A stretch of DNA of 64,000 nucleotides from Candidatus Eiseniibacteriota bacterium. Its GTDB lineage: Bacteria; Eisenbacteria; RBG-16-71-46; SZUA-252. The position numbers and the translations under genes are program-made. A model generated the notes under the pieces. It saw nothing but the letters and a program-made list of their open reading frames with translations. It did no database searches and was not told the origin of the DNA. How positions within the stretch are numbered: position 1 is the stretch's first letter; the number at the start of each line of letters is the position of its first letter. Below, piece after piece: positions 29,174 to 39,800 of this stretch. Where the stretch lies: positions 192,001 through 256,000 of the forward strand of contig OY969801.1 in the NCBI GenBank assembly GCA_963703225.1. Reading direction: 5' to 3'.

Positions 29174-31767
29174 CGTTCCCTCCAGTAGAGGAGGTCCTGG
29201 AGCTGGGCCTCTCCGGCGGACCGACCCGCGGCGGTCCGGCTCGTCCACTTGCTTTCATGCCGGACGGCGGTCGTGGAGGTCGGAGCTTTCTCCGGCACCC
29301 CGCTGCTCGGGCGCGGCACCCGTTGCAACGCTGCCTTGAGGAGCAAACGCGCCTCTTCGGCCGTCATCCGCTGCGCGCCCTCCCGTGTCGGCTCTACCTC
29401 TGGGGAGAGCCCCAGGAGCTTGCATGCTTCGAGGTAGCCGCCGCTTCGCGTCACGCCCTGCGAGAAAGGCTCCTCGGCCCCCAGGGAGTCTCCGGAAACG
29501 TACCGCACCAGTCCGAGATTGAGCCAGAGACCTGCGTCCGACGCGTCGCTCTTGACGGCCGCCTCGTAGAGCTCGATCGCGGAGCCCATGTTTCCCTGTG
29601 CCGCGTAGACGTTCGCGAGATTGTTGCTCGTCTGAGGCGAATCCGGGGACTTTGCCTTCGCCTTTTCGAGAGTGGCGCGCGCGTCCTCCAGCTTTCCAGC
29701 CAGGAAATAGACCCTGGCCACCTCATTGAGCGCCTGTGGGGTCGCCTCGAGCGTCTTCTCAACCTCACCATAGCGGCTGGCAAGGTACTCCTGACGCCAC
29801 AACCCAATGGTCGCCAAATCTTCCGTCACCCGCGCTTCGAGCGCGCTCGAATCGAGGGTGGGAACGCCTGCGGGCGCTCCGCTCAGATCGGCCGGCTCGT
29901 ATCGGTTGGAGGCTTTCGTGACATCTACCAGCGCGAGGCGTCCGCGCGCCGACCAACCCGCGTACGATTCCGCCCCGACCCTCCAGCCCTCGGCAAAACC
30001 CTTTCCGAGCGCGGTCGTCTCGAGTGGGATCCAAACTTTCTCGTCCACGACCACGTACCGACTCTCGTCCAGTCCGAGCGCGAGCCGATTGCGTTCGTGG
30101 ATCCCTGTGTCCACGAGCAAGAAAAGGTGCCCCGGCACATCCACCAGCTGTGTGGCGATCCCCACGTTGCCGAGCAGCGCCGCGAGGAGAACCGAAGTGT
30201 CGTCGCAATCGCCGGTTCGACGCGCCAGGGTTTCGCTTGGATAGGAGACCGTGTCGACGGCCCGCGCGGTGCCTGAGATCGTGGCGTAGGGGTTATTCGG
30301 ATCGGGCACGTACGCCATCCCGAGGACCGAGAGCGCGTCGAAGATCGCGGCGGTGAAGGTTAGGTTTCGACTGGAGGTGGAAGTGCCCTCCATGAGCGCC
30401 GCGGTCCGGCTCGCATCGCGGGCCAAGGCGTCGACGGCCGGATCACGCGTGGTCACGAACGCCGCGGCCTGGGGAACGCCAGCGCCCCAGTCGATCGCGC
30501 CGGGACCATACGTCACGCAGCGTCCCGTGCTCCGCTCAGTGCGGGTCAGCTGGTGGCTCTGGTAGGTGGCCGAGACCTCCACCTGGACCGGCCTGTCACC
30601 ACGCTCCCTCATCATCTGTTCGGAGAGAATCGCCGTCATCGGGATTTCTTGAGAGACCTTCGGGCGGAGTATCACGTTTAGCTCGGACGGGTCGTGCATG
30701 AGCTGCGGGACAAGCACCCAGATCTGGGTCACGACCGGCTGGTCGTCCAGGTTGCGAATCCGGATCGTGCCAAACGGTTCCCTCGCATAAGTCTTGTACA
30801 ACGAGGAGTAGATGTCGTGCGGCTCCACCTTTTCGATCCGGATCTGCGCCGGATTGAAATTGAAGGCGAAGGTCAGTCCAAATTGACTGGTGGAGCCCAG
30901 CGTCGGGTGTTGCACCAGGGCGTAGTCGAATCGAAGAACGCTCCATTGGATCCCGACGCCTGCGGACCACGTCATTCCGTCCGGGCCGCTCCAGTCGTCC
31001 TGAAGGCCGGCGCGGAGCGCGAGAAGGTCGAGAGGTCGGTACTCCACGCCCGTGTGCCAGCGGTCATCAGCGTCCAAGGCGAGGATGAGATCGCGTCGGA
31101 TCCCGTAGGAGACCCCAGCCCGGAAGTTCCGTGGGAACGCTACGGTCGTTCCCGCGTCTCCCGAGTAGTTGATCGAGGAATTGGTTATGTCCTGACAGAC
31201 GAGGGCGGCGCGCACCCGGTAGAAGGGCGTTGCCAAGAGCCCCACGTCGAACCCAAAGCCGTTCCCGGAGCGGACCGTAGTCCCATCGAGGTCTGTCTTA
31301 CGCGAAAGCCACTTGGCCGTCGCGCCGAGCGAGATGAGTGATGAAATCTTCTGCGCATATGAAAAGTCGACTCGGTTCTCATCGAAATTGAGCTCGGTAT
31401 CCTGGAATCCGGAGTGATACCAGTCGATGGCCGCGGCCCGGCGAGGTGAGAGTGGCAGGACGAAGGCGGCGAGATTGTCGACGATTCCGGAGTTGTAGAG
31501 ATCCGCGTGGGTGCCGGTTACTTCCTGATGTCCGACGAAGGGTAGCCCTGCGGGATTCCAGAACAAGGCCGTCGCGTCGTCCGCGATCGAGCTGAACGCC
31601 CCGCCCATGCCGAGCGCACGCGGACCAACCGGAACTTGCTGGCTGGGGCGTGAGGCGGCCGATTGGGGCGAGAGGAGGAGGATTGCGACCGCCGCGATGG
31701 CGTATCGCGAGGCGCGGACTTGCCGGCAGTGCGCGGCGTGCACGAGGGAGTGCCGATCCTGCGCCAT
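29170..31767 (-). CDS. PorV/PorQ (FadL-like) outer-membrane barrel fused to transglutaminase-like and TPR domains
   Basis: VGPRALGMGGAFSSIADDATALFWNPAGL; amphipathic strands ending QFGLTFAF; GDCDD...PGHLF...WIPLETT; TPRs (NNLANVYAAQG, WLNLGLVRY). Confidence 0.82.
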   Translation of the reverse strand: MAQDRHSLVHAAHCRQVRASRYAIAAVAILLLSPQSAASRPSQQVPVGPRALGMGGAFSSIADDATALFWNPAGLPFVGHQEVTGTHADLYNSGIVDNLAAFVLPLSPRRAAAIDWYHSGFQDTELNFDENRVDFSYAQKISSLISLGATAKWLSRKTDLDGTTVRSGNGFGFDVGLLATPFYRVRAALVCQDITNSSINYSGDAGTTVAFPRNFRAGVSYGIRRDLILALDADDRWHTGVEYRPLDLLALRAGLQDDWSGPDGMTWSAGVGIQWSVLRFDYALVQHPTLGSTSQFGLTFAFNFNPAQIRIEKVEPHDIYSSLYKTYAREPFGTIRIRNLDDQPVVTQIWVLVPQLMHDPSELNVILRPKVSQEIPMTAILSEQMMRERGDRPVQVEVSATYQSHQLTRTERSTGRCVTYGPGAIDWGAGVPQAAAFVTTRDPAVDALARDASRTAALMEGTSTSSRNLTFTAAIFDALSVLGMAYVPDPNNPYATISGTARAVDTVSYPSETLARRTGDCDDTSVLLAALLGNVGIATQLVDVPGHLFLLVDTGIHERNRLALGLDESRYVVVDEKVWIPLETTALGKGFAEGWRVGAESYAGWSARGRLALVDVTKASNRYEPADLSGAPAGVPTLDSSALEARVTEDLATIGLWRQEYLASRYGEVEKTLEATPQALNEVARVYFLAGKLEDARATLEKAKAKSPDSPQTSNNLANVYAAQGNMGSAIELYEAAVKSDASDAGLWLNLGLVRYVSGDSLGAEEPFSQGVTRSGGYLEACKLLGLSPEVEPTREGAQRMTAEEARLLLKAALQRVPRPSSGVPEKAPTSTTAVRHESKWTSRTAAGRSAGEAQLQDLLYWRER

Positions 31768-31882
31768 GTTCGTCTCCTAACCTCTGGCGGGTTTGCCTGT
31801 TGCCACGCCTGGGCGGTCCCAGGCCCACTCCCACCCGCTTCCCCCCACTAGGAAACGATTGCTTCGGCGTAATCGCTCGCGG

Positions 31883-34800
31883 CTATCTTACTATGGCAAG
31901 CGTGTTCCTTCTTGTTTGTCCCAGGGCCTCCACCGTCACCAAGTAGATCCCGTCCGCGACGTAGAGCCCACCCCGCTCGCGGCCGTCCCAGCGAATGATG
32001 TTCGCCCCGGCCCCCATCGTTCGCCCGGAAACCACCTCGCTGACCAGGCGCCCCGCTCGGTTGTAGATCCGCACGGTTACCGGAGCGGAGCGGCCGAGGG
32101 AGAACCCGATGGCCACGTGGTCATTGGCGAACGCCCCCGTCGGCGAGAAGACCCTGGGCGTGAAGGTGAGCGCTGAGAGGGCAGCTTCGCCGGCTGGTAT
32201 CGTGGTTTCGGCGAAAAGTGCGTACTGCCCCGCCTGCTGCACCGCCAGAGAGACCTTCCCCTCTTCAGGGGTTCCCCCGAGCCGGTGCCACGAGGCTCCA
32301 TCTGGAGATTCGTAGACCGCGAGGGATCCCGGCACGGGGGCCATCCCCGCGGTCGAGAATTCGAGAGTGGCGGGCTTTCGCAGAGGAATCGTGCTCCAAG
32401 CGATGTCGTAGCTAGGGAGCACTTGGATCGCCCCGGAGGGGAGCGTATCGGGCGGCGAGCCTGCCGCCGCGATCGAAACGAGAGCGTCCTGGTCGAAGGC
32501 GTGCGGGGGAAAGTAGAGGTGAAGCTCTTGATTGGTGGTGTAGAGATCGCCACCAGACGCTGCGGTTACCTTCGCAGGCGATGTCTCGCCCACGTACGGG
32601 AAGTGGTTGTCGACCACGACCGAGACGAGGGCGCTCCCTGTCAGCCCGACCGAATCCGTAACCGAAACGCGAAGGTCGTACAATCCGTCCCGCAGATTCG
32701 ACGTATTCCAATTCGCCAGGTCCCCATCGGTCACCTGCGTCGACGAGTGGGCAAGGAGTATGGCCGCGGGTGGTACCCAGGAATTGGTCCCCGCCGGGCG
32801 GACCCAGACGGAATCAGCGAAAAACCGTGCGTCGGCGGTGGTGCCACGAATTGTGGTCGAGCCCTGAACGGCCTGACCAAACGCAGGGGAAGAGAGCGAT
32901 GGCGCGGGAGGAGTGGCATCCACAACAAATGCCACGAGAGCGGGGAAGAGGTCCACGTTTCCCGCATAATCGCGGGAGCGCGCCTCCAGCGCATGCGGGC
33001 CGTCCGTGAGGCCGCCCTCGGTCCATGCGCCCACGGGCGCCCAGGCCGACCAAGATCCGCTATCGAGCCTAGAGGAGAACTCGATCCCGTTCGCTTCGCC
33101 AAACGCCGCTATGAATGTCGCCGAGAGGTTGCGCGCGCCAGAGACAGGGGCGGGGACGTTCAAGAAGACGGTCTTCGGGGGAACCCGATCCGGCTCCAGC
33201 CGACTGACCCCGCGATCTGTCCCAAACCAGAGGTTTCCCGCACGATCCTCGAGCATCGCGTAGACCTTGTTGGTGGCCAAGCCGTCGGCGGTCGTGTAGG
33301 TTCTCCAACTCACCCCGTCGAACCGGCTTACGCCGCCATCCGTCCCGAACCAGACATTTCCCGATCGGTCTTCGAGAATGGAGGAAACCAAATCGCCCGC
33401 CATGCCGTCGGCCGTCCTGAAGGTCCTCTGACTCACCCCGTCGAACTGAATCACGCCAAACTGCCCGAACCAGAGGTTCCCTGAGTGGTCCTCAAGCATT
33501 GATGAGGGAGCAATGACTAGATCGGTATAGGTGGTCCAGCCGGCCCCGTCGAAGCGGCCGACTCCTCTAGCCGTCCCAACCCAGAGATTGCCCGAGCGGT
33601 CCTCGAGCATCGAAAGAACGAGGTTGTCCGGTAGGCCGTCGGCGGTCGTGTAGGTCCTCCAACTCACTCCATCGAACCGGAGGAGGCCATTCGTCCCGAA
33701 CCAGAGGTTTCCGGCCCGGTCCTCGAGAATCGAATGAACGTCGTAGTACAACGGTGTACTCCAGCCCCCGTCGAAGAGGCTGACGCCGCCATCCGTCCCA
33801 AGCCATAGGCGCCCCGAGCGGTCCTCGAGCATCGAGTGAACAGCGTTGCCCGCCAGGCCGTCGAAAGTCGTGTAGGTCTTCCAGCTCGCTCCGTCGAACC
33901 GACTGACGCCGCTGCCTTGGGTTCCGAACCAATACCTCCTCGAGCCATCCTGGAGCATCGAGATAACGGTATTCCCGGCGAGACCGTCGGCGATCGAATA
34001 GCTCTTCCAACTCACCCCGTCGAACCGGCTCACGCCGCTGCCATAGGTCGCAAACCAAAGGTTCCCCGAGCGGTCCTGGAGCATCGAGCGAACAGCATTA
34101 CCCGCAAGGCCGTCGGTGGTCGAATAGGTTCTCCAGGTCACACCATCGAACTGACTCACGCCGCCATCCTCAGTCCCGAACCAAATGTTTCCCGAGCGGT
34201 CCTGGAGCATCGAGCGAACAGCATTACCCGCTAGGCCATCACTGGTCGTATACGGTCTCCAGCTCACCCCGTCGAACCGATTGACGCCGCCATCCTGCGT
34301 CCCGAACCAGAGGTTTCCGGAGTGGTCCTCGAGCATCGAGATAACAATACTGTTCGCCAGACCGTCGCTGGTCCCATAGGTCCTCCAACTCATTCCGTCG
34401 AATCGGTTGACGCAGATATCAGTCCCAAACCAGAGATTCCCCGCTCGATCCTCAAGCATCGAGAAGACTGCATAGCCGGTCAGACCGTCGCTGGTCCCAT
34501 AGGTCCTCCAATTCACTCCGTCGAATCGGGCGACGCCTCTATCCGTCCCGAACCAGAGGTTGCCCGAACGATCTTCGAGAATGCTGTAGATATCATTGCT
34601 ATTGGTCAGTAGATCGGTGTAGATCCTCCAGCCCACCCCGTCGAATCGGCCGATGCCGTGGCCGACCGTTCCGAACCAGAGGTTGCCCGAGTGGTCCTCA
34701 AGCATTGAGGAAACCGCGTTGCCGGCCAACCCCTCCGCTGTCGTCCACATCCTCCAGGTCACCCCGTCGAACCGACTGACCCCGCGTCCTACGGTTCCGA

Positions 34801-34966
34801 ACCAGAGGTTTCCCAAGTGGTCCTCGAGCATCGACGAGACGTAGTTGTCCGCTAGGCCGCTCGATTTGCTGAAGGTTTGCCACTCGCACCAACCGAACTC
34901 TGGCAAGACGAGGATGATGGCCGGGAGCATAATCCACACACCAGCAAGCCCCCGTCGCGCCCTCAC
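31883..34966 (-). CDS. Secreted beta-propeller protein (14 Reg_prop-like repeats) + Ig-like + ZU5-like + FlgD-Ig C-terminal domain
   Basis: 14 repeats of DGL..N.V.SMLEDRSGNLWFGT..GVSRFDG; likely GTG start at 34966 overlapping the upstream TGA; C-terminus PRVFSP...IYNRAGRLV...WDGR...DGIYLV. Confidence 0.85.
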   Translation of the reverse strand: MRARRGLAGVWIMLPAIILVLPEFGWCEWQTFSKSSGLADNYVSSMLEDHLGNLWFGTVGRGVSRFDGVTWRMWTTAEGLAGNAVSSMLEDHSGNLWFGTVGHGIGRFDGVGWRIYTDLLTNSNDIYSILEDRSGNLWFGTDRGVARFDGVNWRTYGTSDGLTGYAVFSMLEDRAGNLWFGTDICVNRFDGMSWRTYGTSDGLANSIVISMLEDHSGNLWFGTQDGGVNRFDGVSWRPYTTSDGLAGNAVRSMLQDRSGNIWFGTEDGGVSQFDGVTWRTYSTTDGLAGNAVRSMLQDRSGNLWFATYGSGVSRFDGVSWKSYSIADGLAGNTVISMLQDGSRRYWFGTQGSGVSRFDGASWKTYTTFDGLAGNAVHSMLEDRSGRLWLGTDGGVSLFDGGWSTPLYYDVHSILEDRAGNLWFGTNGLLRFDGVSWRTYTTADGLPDNLVLSMLEDRSGNLWVGTARGVGRFDGAGWTTYTDLVIAPSSMLEDHSGNLWFGQFGVIQFDGVSQRTFRTADGMAGDLVSSILEDRSGNVWFGTDGGVSRFDGVSWRTYTTADGLATNKVYAMLEDRAGNLWFGTDRGVSRLEPDRVPPKTVFLNVPAPVSGARNLSATFIAAFGEANGIEFSSRLDSGSWSAWAPVGAWTEGGLTDGPHALEARSRDYAGNVDLFPALVAFVVDATPPAPSLSSPAFGQAVQGSTTIRGTTADARFFADSVWVRPAGTNSWVPPAAILLAHSSTQVTDGDLANWNTSNLRDGLYDLRVSVTDSVGLTGSALVSVVVDNHFPYVGETSPAKVTAASGGDLYTTNQELHLYFPPHAFDQDALVSIAAAGSPPDTLPSGAIQVLPSYDIAWSTIPLRKPATLEFSTAGMAPVPGSLAVYESPDGASWHRLGGTPEEGKVSLAVQQAGQYALFAETTIPAGEAALSALTFTPRVFSPTGAFANDHVAIGFSLGRSAPVTVRIYNRAGRLVSEVVSGRTMGAGANIIRWDGRERGGLYVADGIYLVTVEALGQTRRNTLAIVR
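34065..34231. repeat. Intragenic perfect 41-bp direct repeat, period 126
   Basis: CCCGAGCGGTCCTGGAGCATCGAGCGAACAGCATTACCCGC at 34065-34105 and 34191-34231; a 31-bp pair also occurs at 34358-34388 and 34481-34511. Confidence 0.9.
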
Positions 34967-36852
34967 CGCGCCACCGCCACCTTTCGCACGACCACTCCGC
35001 TGCGGGTTTCCAAACGCAAGAGATAGATGCCCGATGCGACCGTCCGCCCGCGGCCGTCTTGGCCGTTCCAGGTCATCGCGTGCCAGCCTGCCGTGGAAGT
35101 GGAGTTCGTGAGCGTCGTGATTCTGCTTCCTCGAACGTCGAATACATCGAGCCGGACCGGTCCCGCCGCAGGAAGGCCGTACTGGATCTCCAACCTGCCA
35201 TTCGTTGGATTCGCGGCCGCGAAGCGGAGCGAGGGAGCCGACGGCGCACCCTCTCCGGGGACCTCGACCCACACCTCCATCAACGTTTCCTCTCCGGACT
35301 CATCTCGCACGACCAGCCGGTACTGATAGCGGCGGCCGGGGCTCACGGCGCTGTCCTCAAACTGCAGGCGGCTGGCGCCATCGGGAGTCGCATTGCCGAG
35401 CCGGACCCAATCGCCCTGCTGCTCGCGGCGAAATACTGTTGCAATCACGGCTCGCGCCTCTGGAACGAGCCAGACGAGGCGCACGCGGTCGGGCTGGGCC
35501 ACCGACTCCAAAAGTGTGGCACTGATGGCCGTGGGCACGTCGGGGGGCACGATGAGTCCAGCTTCGTAGGCGGCGCGTACCGTGGCGGCCACATATCGAA
35601 GGTCGGCGACGGAAGAGAGTCGATCCGTCCCCTGACCGATGGAGATCGCCCAGAGGGTTTCCTGCGAATCTCCCGGCGCCATGGCGAAGGGGCCCGAGGT
35701 GAGAGCGAACCGCCGATCATCTGCATTCGAATCCAGCCAGTTGGTCGGGCCATTGGGCGCGCCCGGATCTAGACCCGAAACCTGGAACGAAGTGATCGGC
35801 TGGAGCAAATCATCCTGCACATGGACCGGCGACCCGTCCGCGTGGAAGCCGCGCATGTGGTTATAGGTTTCCGTGGCGGAGGTCGGATCCGTTCCGTTTT
35901 CGTACTTGGTGAACGCGGTCACGCCCAGGGTGTCGGTTACGCCTTGCGACACAAAAGCGGCGGGACCCCGAAGGAGAGAAAAGCCGACAGCCGGCGGATC
36001 CGAGCCGTACTGCTGGTCGGCGTTGGTTGCGTTGTAGCAGTAGCCGAGGCTCAGGGTGGTGTCACATCCAACGAGGTCGTCCGAGGGGTCCCCCAGATCG
36101 GGATCGGCCCAGAGCGAAACGTACGCGCTATCAAGCTGATCCCCACCCTTATTCAGAATCCTAGTCCTGAGAAAGATGACATTCCCGAGCGGGCCACTGC
36201 GATTGAACGCAAAGGTCGATTGCTGGACCTCGATACCGAGCGGAAGCGTAGAGCCGGCCTTGTTCGTGTGGACGTTTGGATCAGCGTCGTTGTAGACGCT
36301 CCAGATCATCGCATCACCGAGGAGTGCCGGCTGACCCAGCGAGTCAAGAGGGGCGCCATCCTGCACAGGCCAGTTCAAGTAGTCGAAGCTCGTCGTATTG
36401 CCGCGGACGATCATGTAGTTCTTGAACTGTGGATTGTCCGGCAGAAATGTGCCGTTCAGCATCCGCCCCGGCACGAATTCCTGACTGTAGGCACTCATGG
36501 TGATCCGGACATCGGTTCCCACCTTGGCACCGATCCACATCCCGGCGGCAAACACCGCCGTATGGCCCGACCCCTTTGGATATTCGAGCCCAGCGCTGCC
36601 CGTGGTCAGGTCGTACGCGAACGACCCGTGATTCGTGACGATCATGTCGAGGTTGTTCACGTCCATGCGGCCGGAATTATCGATGGTCGCCGGTGCGGGG
36701 TTAGTTCCCGGCCCTGCTGAGCTCCGCGCAGGATGCCCGGCCGGCGTGGGGGTACGAGCGGCGGCATCAATGGAGCATGCTGCCAGGATTCCTAGACACA
36801 GGATGACTCGAACCGCCGAATATTTGTGAAAGCGCGGATTCATGGGCCTCAT
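34963..36852 (-). CDS. Secreted protein with type-A-like FlgD-Ig/T9SS C-terminal domain, function unknown
   Basis: Signal peptide; GLEYPKGSGHTAVFAAGMWIG, WADPDLG..DDLVGCD; C-terminal ANP...FDVRG...SGIYLLRL. Confidence 0.8.
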   Translation of the reverse strand: MRPMNPRFHKYSAVRVILCLGILAACSIDAAARTPTPAGHPARSSAGPGTNPAPATIDNSGRMDVNNLDMIVTNHGSFAYDLTTGSAGLEYPKGSGHTAVFAAGMWIGAKVGTDVRITMSAYSQEFVPGRMLNGTFLPDNPQFKNYMIVRGNTTSFDYLNWPVQDGAPLDSLGQPALLGDAMIWSVYNDADPNVHTNKAGSTLPLGIEVQQSTFAFNRSGPLGNVIFLRTRILNKGGDQLDSAYVSLWADPDLGDPSDDLVGCDTTLSLGYCYNATNADQQYGSDPPAVGFSLLRGPAAFVSQGVTDTLGVTAFTKYENGTDPTSATETYNHMRGFHADGSPVHVQDDLLQPITSFQVSGLDPGAPNGPTNWLDSNADDRRFALTSGPFAMAPGDSQETLWAISIGQGTDRLSSVADLRYVAATVRAAYEAGLIVPPDVPTAISATLLESVAQPDRVRLVWLVPEARAVIATVFRREQQGDWVRLGNATPDGASRLQFEDSAVSPGRRYQYRLVVRDESGEETLMEVWVEVPGEGAPSAPSLRFAAANPTNGRLEIQYGLPAAGPVRLDVFDVRGSRITTLTNSTSTAGWHAMTWNGQDGRGRTVASGIYLLRLETRSGVVVRKVAVAR

Positions 36853-36886
36853 TCCCCTCGTAGGACGACGGCCGGACCTGGCATCT

Positions 36887-39800
36887 CTACTTCACGACGG
36901 CGAGCGGGGCCCGCTCCGCATGGCCGAGCGCCTCGACCGTGACAAGATAGAGCCCATCCTCCACGACCCGCCCGTCGCGGTCGGTGCCGTCCCAGCGAAT
37001 CAAGTTCGCTCCGGCACCGAGATTGAGACCGACGACCACCTCCCTCACAAGGCGTCCTGCCCGGTTGTAGATCTTCACCGTGACCGGTGCCGGCCGCCCC
37101 AACGCAAAGCTGATCGCGACCTCCCGATCAGCGAACGTTCCGGAGGGGGAGAAGACTCTCGGCGTGAACGAGAGGGTCGAGAGCGTTTTCGGGCCCCCCG
37201 TGGGAGGCGAGCCTTCCGCGAAAACCGCATAGCGGCCAGCCTCGGTCAGCGCGAGAGCGATATGGCCGGCCGGGTCCCCCACCAACGTGCCCCCGATACG
37301 GTGCCAGGTCGCACCGTCCATCGAGGCATAAACCACAGGCGTTCCCTGTGCGGCGGTTCCGCCGGGGAGCGCGAGTTCCAACCGCGCGGATTTGAGTAAC
37401 TTGGCGCTCCAGCCCACGTCGTATCCAGCGAGGACGCGCACCGCGCCGGAAGAAATCGTGTCGGGTACGGCGGTGTCGGGGTTTGGCGCGAGGGTGACGA
37501 GGGCGTCTTCGCGGAATGCGTGAGGCGGAAAGTAGAAGTGGGCTTCGGATCTGGTCGTGTAGATGTCACCACCCGTGGCCGCCACTACGCGGGCAGGGGC
37601 GGTGACATCGGCATGGGGGAAGGCGTTGTCTACTTGGGCGGTCACTTGCACGACGCCCGTGAGTCCTAGGGAGTCGGTGGCCGCGACGCGAAGATCGTAA
37701 AGTCCGTCGGGAAACGATGCGGTCGACCAGGTGGCGAGGACGCCCGAGGTGACGGGGCTGCTCGCGCGAGCAATCTCCGTCGCATCGGGCGGATTCCAGG
37801 TGGCCGACCCAGCCGGGCGGACAGTCACTTGAAATTCTCGAAGCCGCCGATCGTCCACCGTCCCCTGGATCGTCACCGCACCGTGAACCACTGCGCCGAA
37901 TGAGGGTGAGTTGACGACTGGCGCGGGAGCCGTGGCATCGATCTCGAACGTCGCTCGCGCGGGCGTGGGGTCCACGTTCAGCAGGAAGTCGCGGGAACGG
38001 GCTTCGAGCACATGAATTCCGTCGGCCGCGTCGCTCAGAGACCAGTTGCTGGTTCGCGACCACTCCGTCCACGGGCCGCCGTCCTGTCTGTAGGAGAACT
38101 CAATTGCCTCCACCTCGCCGAAGGCCGCCGCGAACAGCGCGCTCTGGTTTCGTGCGGAGGAGACGGGAGGCGGGGCGCTCAAGAACACCGTCTGCGGCGG
38201 GACCCGGTCTGGCTCATAGCGGGTCATTCCAGCGCCAAATGTACCGAACCAGACGTTTCCGGCCCGGTCCCCCAGCACGCCGAGCACTCGGTTGCTGGCC
38301 AATCCGTCGGCAACTGTGACCGTTCTCCATTCGGATCCATCGAAAGCGGCCGCGCCCCCTTCTAGCGCTCCGAACCAGAGGCGCCCCGATCGATCCTCGG
38401 CGATCGAAAAAACCTGTTCTCCAGCCAGACCGTCGGATGCGTTGAATGACGTCCACGAGGATCCGTTGAACCGAACGACACCAATGCCGGGTTGAGTGAG
38501 AAAGGGTCGAAACCAAATATTCCCAGAGCGGTCCTCTATCATGGGGATCCACCCCCCGGCGGGGAGGCCGTTGGCGAGCGTGTAGGTGTGCCACAGCGCT
38601 CCATCGAATCGAGTGACGATATTTTGGTCTGAGCCGAACCAGAGATTCCCGGAGCGATCCACGAGCATGCCCGCCACGTTGTCGCTGCCAAGGCCGTCGG
38701 CTGCCGTAAAGGTCCGCCACCCCATTTCATCGAATCGGCTCACTCCGGAAGCGGCTGTGGCAAACCAGAGATGTCCGGCGCGATCCTCGACCAGCTTGGT
38801 CACGCTGTTGCTGGCGAGGCCATCCGCGGTTGTGAAGTTCCGCCAGGTCGTTCCATCGTAGTATCCCACCCCACTGAGGCTGGTCAGGGCCCAAATCTTG
38901 CCCGAATGATCTTCCAGCACGGGGTTCGCGTCGCCGCTAGGGATCCCGTCCGCGGTCGTGAAGACCGACCAGGTCGAGCCGTCGTAGTGACTAACGGTTC
39001 CCGCCGTCGCGACCCAGAGACCTCCGGCTCTGTCCAGGAGGAAGGACTGAACGGATATGTTCACATGGCCCCCATTCAACGGCGTGAAATTCTGCCAAGT
39101 CGCGCCGTCGTATCGGCTCAGTCCTCCATCATTTGTTCCAAACCAGATATTCCCCGATGGATCCTCCTGAATGGACAACACGATCGTGCCGGTCGGTCCA
39201 CTTCCTCTGGTGAAGGATTTCCACGTCGAGCAGTCGAAGCGGCTCACCCCCCCGTACGTCACGAACCAGACGTTTCCAGACTGGTCCAGTAGGAGCGAGA
39301 GAACGGCTTCGTTGGCGAGACCATCCGCCACTCTGAAGTTTTGCCAATTTCGCCCGTCAAATCGGCTCGCGCCGTACATGAAGGTCCCGAACCACAAGTT
39401 TCCGAATCGATCCTCCAGGATCGAGGTCACATCGTTGGTCGGCAGTCCGTCGGCGGACGTGATGATTTGCCAGGTGGTTCCGTCGTAGCGGCTCACCCCC
39501 GCGAGGTCCGCGAAGGCATCCCAGCCGTAATGTGAGAGCCACAGTCTGCCCAGTCGGTCCTCGAAAATGGACGCGATGATGTTGGCGGCCAGTCCATCGG
39601 CCGTCGTGAAAGTTTTCCAGGTCGTCCCGTCGAACCGGCTCAATCCATCAGTAGTCCCAAACCAGAGATTTCCAAATCTGTCCTCATGAATTGCCATAAC
39701 TCGATTCGAAGCCAATCCATCAGAGAGCGTGAACGTGGTCCATGCCACTCCGTTGTATCTGCTCACTCCACCACCCTCGGTTCCGAACCAGAGGTTTCCT

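Noticed and set aside
33190..34880. CRISPR array or DGR template/variable repeats
   Set aside because: The repeats are in-frame propeller blades with period ~123-126 bp; no cas or reverse transcriptase gene is present.
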